Source: an uncultured Gemmatimonadales bacterium (GTDB taxonomy: Bacteria > Gemmatimonadota > Gemmatimonadetes > Longimicrobiales > RSA9). Taken from it: a stretch of DNA of 64,000 nucleotides. The notes under the pieces are model-generated. The model was not told where the DNA came from. It did no database searches and was given only the letters and a program-made list of their open reading frames with translations. Below are positions 48,129-55,726 of this stretch, in pieces. Made by a program: the position numbers and the translations under genes. Each line of letters opens with the position of its first letter. The first letter of the stretch is position 1. The DNA lies in the NCBI GenBank assembly GCA_963708135.1, contig OY970192.1, forward strand, positions 2,464,001 to 2,528,000, written 5' to 3'.

Positions 48129-48706
48129 GCGTCCGCTCCGGTCACATCCGCCCCCGCCCCGCCGCTCTCCTCTTCCGGCGGCCCGCGCTCACTTCCGGGG
48201 TCCACCGCATACTCGAGCGCCACGATGCCGCTCGGGTAGATGCGGTGGCCGGTCAGCGTGAGCCGCCGCCGCACCGCGGGCGAGGGCAGGAGGGGAACCC
48301 CGCCGCCGAGCAGGATCGGGATCACTGCCGGCTCCACCGTGTCCACGCGGCCGAGCTCGAGCATTGTCCGGAACAGCTCGCCACCGCCGAACAACCAGAT
48401 GTCGCTGCCCGCCTCCGCGCGCAGCGCGTCCACCTGGGCCGCCAGCTCCCCGCTCACGACCTCCACGTCCGGGTGCTCCTCCGGCCGCAGCGTCCGCGAG
48501 ACCACGACGGTCCTCATGCCCTGGAACGGCCCGCCGCCCGGAGGCAGCGCCTCGTACGTGCGCCGCCCCATGAGCAGCGTGTCGAACTGCGCGAAGATGG
48601 CGCCGAAGTCGATCTCCGGGTCCTGCACGAGCCAGTCGAACTCGCCCTGCGGCCCCGCGATGTAGCCGTCCAGGCTGCACGCCACCTGATAGCGGATCCG
48701 ACGCAT
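48125..48706 (-). CDS. Dihydrofolate reductase / RibD C-terminal family protein
   Basis: ACSLDGYIAGP, LMGRRTYE, IWLFGGG, PILLGGG. Confidence 0.9.
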   Translation of the reverse strand: MRRIRYQVACSLDGYIAGPQGEFDWLVQDPEIDFGAIFAQFDTLLMGRRTYEALPPGGGPFQGMRTVVVSRTLRPEEHPDVEVVSGELAAQVDALRAEAGSDIWLFGGGELFRTMLELGRVDTVEPAVIPILLGGGVPLLPSPAVRRRLTLTGHRIYPSGIVALEYAVDPGSERGPPEEESGGAGADVTGADA

Positions 48707-48772
48707 GAGCGCCTCCCGGCCGCCTGTTCGTGAACGCGTCCACGTGCGTGGCCATGGCCGTTGGGGAGTCCT

Positions 48773-50917
48773 TCACCACGCAATGCCGTAGTCCTCACCA
48801 TGATTGCTCGAGCCGCCCCACAGCGTGTGGTGCTTCACGTCGAAGAAGATCGCGTTGATCGGCCCCGACGTGCGCGGCGCGAGCTGCAGCGTGTAGCCCA
48901 TGGCGCGCAGCGCCGCGCGCGTGGAATCGGGCAGCGACGTCGCCACCAGCATGTGTCCCGGGCGGCTCTCGTGCTGCCCGAACGAGGAGCGCATCTGGTA
49001 GCTGTTGATGTTCGGCGCCTCCACGGCCTGCTGTACGGTCATGCCGAACTCGACCACGTCCAGGAAGAACTGCAGGAGATTCTGGTCCTGCGAGTCGCCG
49101 CCCTGCACCGCGAACGCCAGGTACGGCGCGCCGTCCTTCAGCGCGATCGTCGGCGTGAGCGTCACCCGCGGCCGCTTGCCCGGCTCGATCACGTTGTACG
49201 GCCCGTCCTCCGGGCGCGTGACGAAGCTCTGCGCCCGCTCGCTGAGCCCGATCCCCGTGTGTCCCGCGATCACCGCCGGCACCCAGCCACCGCTCGGCGT
49301 GATCGAGACCACCCACCCCTCCGCATCCGCCGCCTCGATCGAGGTCGTCCCCGCGTAGAAGGCCCGACCGAACGAGGAGTCCGCCGGCATGGCGTGTTCG
49401 GGCAGGAACTCGGCGGTGCCGGACATGCCGCCTTCAGGCGACGCATCCGCCGCGCGGCCCACGCTCGCGAGGCGGCTCGCGCCCGCACCCACGCGGCGCG
49501 CCCCGCTCCCTGCGGCCGCGTAGTGATCCGCGGCCGGTGAGCGGCCGGCGGCGGCGGCGCCTGTGGTGTCCTTTGCCGCGCCCGGTGCCCTGTCCTGCTG
49601 ACCGCTGGGCGTTGCGGCCTTGGCAGGCACGAACCCGTGCGGATCCCACGCGGCCAGGTATCGCTTGAAGGGGTTGCTACCGCCCTGGTAGGCGTACGGG
49701 TCGCCCGGCTTCACGTCCGGGTCGTTCTTCTGCCAGTCGATCTGCGCGTAGCGCGACTTCGCGTACGCCTTCGAGAGCAGCCCCTCGACCGGCTCTTCCG
49801 GCGGGAAGTACGGGTCGCCGTAGTAGAAATCCCGGTCCGCGTACGCCAGGTTCATGGTCTGGTAGAGCGTGTGGATGTAGCGCGGCGAGTTGTAGCCGAA
49901 GCTCGCGATGTCCGGCACGTTCTCCAGGATGTTGAGGGCCTGGAGCAGAACCGGCCCCTGCTGCCAGATCGGGAGCTTGTAGACCTGGATGCCCTTGTAG
50001 CTCGTCGAGTACGGCTCCTCGATCTTCACCTTCCAGTCGGCCAGGTCCCGCATCGTGATCAGGCCGCCCTCCTCCTGCACGCCGCGCACGAGCTCGCGGG
50101 CGATGTCGCCCTTGTAGAACCGGTCGTACGCCGCGTAGATGGCCTGCTTGCGCGTCTTCCCCGCCACCAGCGCCTGCTGCTCCGCCTCCACCAGCTTCCG
50201 CCACGTCGCCGCCAGGTCCTTCTGCACGAAGACCTCTCCCGGCTCCGGCGCCTCGTAGCTCTCGCCCAGGTGCGGCAGCATGATCTCCTTCGAGTACTTC
50301 CACTTCTTCAGCCAGTCCTTGTCGTGCTCGATCGTGCGCGAGAGCTGCGCCTCCATCGGGTAGCCGTCCGCCATCTGGATCGCCGGCGCCAGCACATCCT
50401 TCAGCGACAGCGTGCCGTACTCCGCCAGCATCGTGAGCAGTCCGCCCACCGTGCCCGGCGTCACCGCCGCGAGCGACCCGTACTCCGGCGGGAAGCGGTA
50501 CCCCTTCGAGTGGTAGAACGCCGCCGTCGCCCCCGTCGGCGCCACCCCCAGCGCGTCGATGCCGATCACCTTCTTCGTGTGCGGATCGTAGATCAGCGCC
50601 TGCGTCTCGCCACCGCACGAGAGCGTGTCCCACATCGTGCAGCCGGCCGCGAGCATCGCCACCGCCGCGTCCACCGCGTTGCCGCCCTTCGCGAAGGTCA
50701 GCGCCCCCGCCGTGGCCGAGAGCGGCTTGCCGGTGATCGCCACCCAGTGCCTGCCGTGCAGCGGCGGCTTCTCCGTCTGCGAGTAGCGCGGGTCCTCCGC
50801 CTGCCGCGGCTGCGCCGTGCGCGGCCGCTGCCGTTGCTGCGCATGCAGAGAGAGCGGCGCCAGCGTGAGAGCCGTGGCGCCGGCCAGGAGCCGGAGACGG
50901 ATGCGTGCCGGGATCAT
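48773..50917 (-). CDS. ggt: Gamma-glutamyltransferase family Ntn hydrolase, exported
   Basis: GGNAVDAA, FYKGDIA, AYADRD.YYGDP, TTS nucleophile, PGKRP; signal peptide. Confidence 0.9.
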   Translation of the reverse strand: MIPARIRLRLLAGATALTLAPLSLHAQQRQRPRTAQPRQAEDPRYSQTEKPPLHGRHWVAITGKPLSATAGALTFAKGGNAVDAAVAMLAAGCTMWDTLSCGGETQALIYDPHTKKVIGIDALGVAPTGATAAFYHSKGYRFPPEYGSLAAVTPGTVGGLLTMLAEYGTLSLKDVLAPAIQMADGYPMEAQLSRTIEHDKDWLKKWKYSKEIMLPHLGESYEAPEPGEVFVQKDLAATWRKLVEAEQQALVAGKTRKQAIYAAYDRFYKGDIARELVRGVQEEGGLITMRDLADWKVKIEEPYSTSYKGIQVYKLPIWQQGPVLLQALNILENVPDIASFGYNSPRYIHTLYQTMNLAYADRDFYYGDPYFPPEEPVEGLLSKAYAKSRYAQIDWQKNDPDVKPGDPYAYQGGSNPFKRYLAAWDPHGFVPAKAATPSGQQDRAPGAAKDTTGAAAAGRSPAADHYAAAGSGARRVGAGASRLASVGRAADASPEGGMSGTAEFLPEHAMPADSSFGRAFYAGTTSIEAADAEGWVVSITPSGGWVPAVIAGHTGIGLSERAQSFVTRPEDGPYNVIEPGKRPRVTLTPTIALKDGAPYLAFAVQGGDSQDQNLLQFFLDVVEFGMTVQQAVEAPNINSYQMRSSFGQHESRPGHMLVATSLPDSTRAALRAMGYTLQLAPRTSGPINAIFFDVKHHTLWGGSSNHGEDYGIAW

Positions 50918-51179
50918 GGGCTCGGACCGGTTGGAGGAGGAATGCGACGTCGTCCGGCGGCTCGCCAGCGTGCACCGTTCCGCCGTGCGCGGCCTGCCGC
51001 CGGGCACCCCGCCGTGCGGGGCCGGGGCGTCCCGCCCAATGTGCGGCGGCGCCGCGGCCGACGCCAGACGGGGTACGAGGGCACGCCGCGTCCAGGCGAA
51101 ATCCTCGATCACCTGCTACCGGGCGTGCCGCGGTTCGCGGCCTGGGAGGCGTACGGCCTGCAGATGAACCCCGGTCGAT

Positions 51180-51893
51180 CTACTCGGGCGCCCGGGCGAT
51201 GTAGAGCCCCCGCCCGTCCAGCCCCGCCGTGTCGTGCTCCACGAGCCGCAGCCCCGCCCCCTCGATCGCCCCTTCCAGCTCGGCCCCCGTGAACAGCCCC
51301 AGCTCGTGGGTCTCCGTGGTGTGCGTGATCCCGGACTCGCGGCCGATCAGGTAGTGGAACTCGATGACCGAGATCGAGCCCCGCTGCGTCGAGTGGCTCA
51401 TGCGGCACACCTTCACCCCGGCCGCCTCGCCCGTGTGGATGTAGACCGAGCCGACCCGCCACTGCTCGGGCTCGAACCACGGCTCAACGACGACGACACC
51501 CCCCGGCGCCAGGTGCCGCCGGAAGCCGGCCAGCGTGCGCTCCACGTTCTCCAGCGTCTTCACGTACGCGACCGAGCTGAACAGGCACAGCACCGCGTCG
51601 TAGCGCCGCCCGAGATCGAAGCTCATCATGTCGCCCTGCACGAACCGGCCGCCCGGGTTCTTCGCCGCCGCCAGCCGCACGAAGGCGGGCTCGATGTCCA
51701 GCCCATCCACCGCGTAGCCGTGCTCCGCCGCGAGGAGCCGCGCGTGCTCGCCCGTGCCGCAGCCCACGTCCAGCACGGTCCTCGCCCCGGGCACCAGCCG
51801 CCCGAGCAGCTCCGCGATGCGCCCCGCCTCGGCCCCGTAATCCTTGAACTGGCCATAGACAATGTCGTACAGCTCTGCGGACTCGGTGAACAT
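51180..51893 (-). CDS. Class I SAM methyltransferase (TylM1/DesVI-like N-methyltransferase type)
   Basis: AELYD..KDY..EA, LDVGCGTGEH, GDMMSFDLG, CLFSS, HLAPGG..VEPW. Confidence 0.85.
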   Translation of the reverse strand: MFTESAELYDIVYGQFKDYGAEAGRIAELLGRLVPGARTVLDVGCGTGEHARLLAAEHGYAVDGLDIEPAFVRLAAAKNPGGRFVQGDMMSFDLGRRYDAVLCLFSSVAYVKTLENVERTLAGFRRHLAPGGVVVVEPWFEPEQWRVGSVYIHTGEAAGVKVCRMSHSTQRGSISVIEFHYLIGRESGITHTTETHELGLFTGAELEGAIEGAGLRLVEHDTAGLDGRGLYIARAPE

Positions 51894-52079
51894 CGGCCTC
51901 CGCGGTGCGGGTCGGCCCCGGTGGCGGGCATGCCGGGCGTCTCGGAGCGCACGACGAATAGCCACGCGCCCCATCGCGCCCTTGTCTAGCTCCGGTGCCT
52001 GTGCCTCAATGCCCCGAGCCTACACGCCGATCGATCCATCCAGGCGCCGGGGGTTCGGCAGCGGCCGCCTCCGCCCGCC

Positions 52080-54689
52080 TCACCCGCATTCCGAGTACCC
52101 GCAGCTCATGCACTTCACGCACCCCTCCATGAACTGGAGGTCGCTCGAGCACTCGGGGCAGGTGCCGATGAAGGTCTCGCCGGGGTCGTAGTCGAAGTCG
52201 AAGGTCAACTGCGGCTCCGCTTGCGCCTGCGCTTGCGCTTGCGTTTGCGCTTGCGTTTGCGCTTGCGTCCCCGGCGCGGCCCCGCCCGCAGGCGCACCCA
52301 CGCCCGGCATCGGCAGCTCCTGCTGCACGCCCTCCTTCTCGCGCATGTGGTTGGCGATGGCCTGCGCGATGGCATCCGGCACGGACAGCACCTTGTTCGG
52401 GCCGATGCCGACGGCGCGGTCGCAGGAGATGCCGCGCAGCTGCTGGTAGACGTCGCGGATCGGGATGCCGCTCCGCAGCGCCAGGGAGATCAGCCGCCCG
52501 ATGGCCTCCACGTCGGCCATCGCCGCGCCGCCGGCCTTCCCGAGAGTGGCGAACACCTCGAAGGGACGGCCCTGCTCGTCCTCGTTGATCGTGACGTACA
52601 GGTCGCCGAGCGGGGACTGCATGCGCCGCGTGGTGCCCGCGAGCTTCGAGGGGCGGGAGCGCTTCTGGCGACGCCGCGAGGCGCGCACCTCCGTGACCTC
52701 CAGCTCGTGACGCGTCTCGTCCAACTCGTGCTCGAGCTTGTTCACGTACTCGCGCAGGTCGGCCACCTCGTGCTCTAGCTCGGGCGAGCGCACGCCCTGC
52801 CCGCCCGCCACCTCCCTGGCCGTCTTGCCCGTGGAGAGCACCTGCTGCGGGCGCGCGCCGTCGCGGTAGACGGTCACACCCTTGCAGTCGAGCTCGTAGG
52901 CCTGGAGGTAGATCTCGCGCACATCGGCCTGTGTGGCCTCGTGCGCGAAGTTGCAGGTCTTCGAGATCGCGCTGTCCACGTACTCCTGGAAGGCCGCCTG
53001 CATGCGGATGTGCCAGGAGGGGATCACATCGTGGGCGGTGACGAAGACGCGCTGCACGTCGGCCGGCACCTCATCCATGTGGATGTGGCCCTCGCTCGCG
53101 ATGCGCGCCATGAGCGTCTCGCTGAACCAGCCCTGATCCCGCGCCACGCGCACGAAGTCCTTGTTCACGTCCGGCATGAGCGAGCCGGCCTGGTTCCTCA
53201 TGAACGCCACCGCGAACAGCGGCTCGATGCCGCCCGAGCAGTCCGCAAAGATCGAGATGGTGCCGGTGGGCGCGACCGTGTTCACGTTGCAGTTCCGGAG
53301 CGCGCGCATCGGGCGAATGCGCGAGCCATCGTCGGCCCGCGCACAGGTCTCATCGCTCCCCCAGATGCTCCGGTCCCAGGCAGGGAAGACCCCTCGCTGC
53401 TCCGCGAGCTTCTCCGATGCGCGCTTGGATTCCTCGTCCACGAACCGCATGAGCGTGCGGGCGGCCTCGATGCCCTCATCGCTGTTGTAGGGAATGCCGG
53501 TGCGGACCAGCAGGTCCGCCCAGCCCATGACACCCAGCCCGATGCGCCGGATCGTGTGCGCCAGCTCGTGGATCTCGGCCAGCGGGTACTGGTTCGCGTC
53601 GATCACGTTGTCCAGGAAATGCACCGCCAGGTGCACCACCTGCCGCAGCCCGTCCCAGTCCACCTTCTCCTCGAACGGCCACGCGGCATCCGCCTCCCGC
53701 TTCGCGTACGCCCCCACGTTCACGCTGCCCAGGTTGCACACGTCGTAGGCCAGCAGCGGCTGCTCGCCGCACGGGTTCGTCGCCTCGTAGCGGCCCAGCT
53801 GCGGCACCGGGTTGTAACGGTTCGCCTTGTCCACGAAGAACACCCCCGGCTCCCCCGTCGCCCATGCCCCGTGGATGATCAGGTCGAAGATCTCGTTCGC
53901 ATCCTCCTGCCCCACCACCGCCCCCGTGCGCGGGCTCACGAGGTCGTAGCGCTCCCCCGCCTTCACCGCCTCCATGAACGCGTCCGTCACCGCCACCGAG
54001 ATGTTGAAGTTCGTCACCTGCGTCACGTCCGCCTTGCAGGTGATGAACTCGCGGATGTCGGGATGGTCCACCCGCAGGATCCCCATGTTCGCGCCCCGCC
54101 GCGTCCCCCCCTGCTTCACCACCTCCGTCAACGCATCGTAGAGCTTCATGAACGACACCGGCCCGCTCGCCACCCCCATCGTCGACTTCACCACGTCGTT
54201 CTTCCGCCGCAGCCGGCTGAACCCGAAGCCCGTCCCCCCGCCCGACTGGTGCACCAGCGCCATCGAGCGCAGCGTGTCGTAGATGCCGTTCCGCCCGTTC
54301 GACAGCGCATCCTCCACCGGCAGGACGAAGCACGCCGACAGCTGCCCCAGCGGACGCCCCGCGTTCATCAGCGTCGGCGAGTTCGGCTCGAACAGCCGCT
54401 GCGTCATCAGCCGATAGAACTCCCGCGCCAGCGCGTCCACCGCGCCGTCGCTCGCCCCGTACTTCGCATCCTCCTGCGCGATCACGCGCGCGACCCGCCA
54501 GAACATCTGCTCCGGCTCCTCCGTCGGACGCCCCTGCTCGTCCTTCTTCAGGTAGCGCTTCGCCAGCACGATGCGCGCGTTCTCCGACAGGTCCGCCGGC
54601 GGCAGGTCGTCCGGCAGGGTCGCCACGGCGGCCTCCAGCGCCGACGCGGACACGGATGCGGATGCGGACTCCTCGGGCTTGCGGCTCAT
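52080..54689 (-). CDS. nrdJ: Class II (adenosylcobalamin-dependent) ribonucleotide reductase with TSCPD-like domain and C-terminal Zn ribbon
   Basis: PNSPTLMNAG, SACF, TNPCGEQ, CNLGS, APTGTIS, KGVTVYRDG, terminal CPEC..EGCVKCMSCGYSEC; no ATP cone. Confidence 0.96.
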   Translation of the reverse strand: MSRKPEESASASVSASALEAAVATLPDDLPPADLSENARIVLAKRYLKKDEQGRPTEEPEQMFWRVARVIAQEDAKYGASDGAVDALAREFYRLMTQRLFEPNSPTLMNAGRPLGQLSACFVLPVEDALSNGRNGIYDTLRSMALVHQSGGGTGFGFSRLRRKNDVVKSTMGVASGPVSFMKLYDALTEVVKQGGTRRGANMGILRVDHPDIREFITCKADVTQVTNFNISVAVTDAFMEAVKAGERYDLVSPRTGAVVGQEDANEIFDLIIHGAWATGEPGVFFVDKANRYNPVPQLGRYEATNPCGEQPLLAYDVCNLGSVNVGAYAKREADAAWPFEEKVDWDGLRQVVHLAVHFLDNVIDANQYPLAEIHELAHTIRRIGLGVMGWADLLVRTGIPYNSDEGIEAARTLMRFVDEESKRASEKLAEQRGVFPAWDRSIWGSDETCARADDGSRIRPMRALRNCNVNTVAPTGTISIFADCSGGIEPLFAVAFMRNQAGSLMPDVNKDFVRVARDQGWFSETLMARIASEGHIHMDEVPADVQRVFVTAHDVIPSWHIRMQAAFQEYVDSAISKTCNFAHEATQADVREIYLQAYELDCKGVTVYRDGARPQQVLSTGKTAREVAGGQGVRSPELEHEVADLREYVNKLEHELDETRHELEVTEVRASRRRQKRSRPSKLAGTTRRMQSPLGDLYVTINEDEQGRPFEVFATLGKAGGAAMADVEAIGRLISLALRSGIPIRDVYQQLRGISCDRAVGIGPNKVLSVPDAIAQAIANHMREKEGVQQELPMPGVGAPAGGAAPGTQAQTQAQTQAQAQAQAEPQLTFDFDYDPGETFIGTCPECSSDLQFMEGCVKCMSCGYSECG

Positions 54690-54822
54690 GATCCCTCGCT
54701 CTGCACTCTTGAAGTCTGGGACGGAAATGTGCGGAAGTTATCCCGGCGTCGGCGGTGCCCGGCAGCACCGCTCGGCAAGTCCTCTCGCCTACCCTCCGGA
54801 ACCACCCGGCCCGTGCGGGACC

Positions 54823-54838
54823 GCCCTACATGTTGTGG
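54823..54838. promoter_or_regulatory. NrdR box (proximal)
   Basis: GCCCTACATGTTGTGG versus consensus acaCwAtATaTwGtgt; upstream of nrdJ. Confidence 0.8.
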
Positions 54839-54846
54839 GGGAGTCC

Positions 54847-54875
54847 ATGATAGGTCCACTACGCCTTGTGGTCAA
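54847..54875 (-). promoter_or_regulatory. Sigma70-type nrdJ promoter, overlapped by a second weaker NrdR box (54856-54871)
   Basis: Minus strand TTGACC-N17-TATCAT; CCACTACGCCTTGTGG lies 33 bp from the first box. Confidence 0.75.
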
Positions 54876-55188
54876 GGGTGTCTTCCCGCTGCAACTCTGA
54901 TACCCCCGAATGTGGATTTCCATCCCCCCCGGAGCCGCTTCCCGCTCAACCGCTTGCGGGGTTCTCTACACTCTTCAACACCCTTTCCACCACCACTCCA
55001 CCACGATGTGCACAGCGGCCGGCGGGCGTGGCCGAAGCTGGGTCGGGCGGCGCCAGCCGACGGGGCTGCCCGCCGTGCGAGGGCCAGCCCCGCGGGGCGG
55101 GCGCACCCTGGACCGCGGACCGATACACACTGCGGCGCGGACCCCCGGCAGGGGCCCGCGCCGCGAAGGCATCGGCGCCATGGAGGAG

Positions 55189-55638
55189 CTACTCGGTCTC
55201 GAAGTTCCGACCGCGCCCGCGGTCGATCTCCTCCTGGCTCAGGCCGGTGGCTCGCTCGGGCCCGTCGGGGACCTCGCGCTCGACCTCCCGGCCGCGGCCG
55301 TGGCGCGGGAGCTCCCGTTCGACCTCGTGCCCGGGGCCGTGGCGCGGCGAGGGCGGCGGGCTGCCGGTCTCGCGGCCCTCGCGGCGCTGACGATCCTCCC
55401 GGCGCTCGGGCTCGCGGCGCGGGGTCTCGCGCGCACCCCCCTGGCGGACCTCCTCGCTCGGCGCGGGCTTCCGGCTGCCGCCCCGCTGGCCCGGGATCGG
55501 GCCCTCGCGGTTGCGCTCCAGGGGCGCGCCCCCACGCTGGTTGCGCTCGAGATCGTCGGGCTCGCGCGGTCGGTTCTTGTAGTCGGTGGCCCCCGCCTCC
55601 TCGGGCGCGATGCGATACTGGTCCGGGCGTTTCGGCAT
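55189..55638 (-). CDS. Hypothetical highly charged, probably disordered protein
   Basis: AAGGAG RBS before MPKRPDQY; E/R/P/G-rich with EVERE(L/V)P twice. Confidence 0.6.
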   Translation of the reverse strand: MPKRPDQYRIAPEEAGATDYKNRPREPDDLERNQRGGAPLERNREGPIPGQRGGSRKPAPSEEVRQGGARETPRREPERREDRQRREGRETGSPPPSPRHGPGHEVERELPRHGRGREVEREVPDGPERATGLSQEEIDRGRGRNFETE

Positions 55639-55664
55639 GGGGCGGCTCCTTTCATAGGCGGCCA

Positions 55665-55689
55665 TAAATTACTGTGGTACAGTATGTTA
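55665..55689. promoter_or_regulatory. AT-rich operator-like palindrome
   Basis: TAAatTACTGTggtACAGTAtgTTA. Confidence 0.45.
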
Positions 55690-55726
55690 CAGGTTCCGTG
55701 CCACGAATGGATGAGGCGCGGGGGGG

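Noticed and set aside
51180..51893. Amino-sugar or antibiotic biosynthetic cluster around the TylM1-like methyltransferase
   Set aside because: No nucleotide-sugar, PKS or NRPS genes nearby.
54690..55180. Cobalamin riboswitch upstream of nrdJ
   Set aside because: No recognisable B12-box core; NrdR boxes explain the region.
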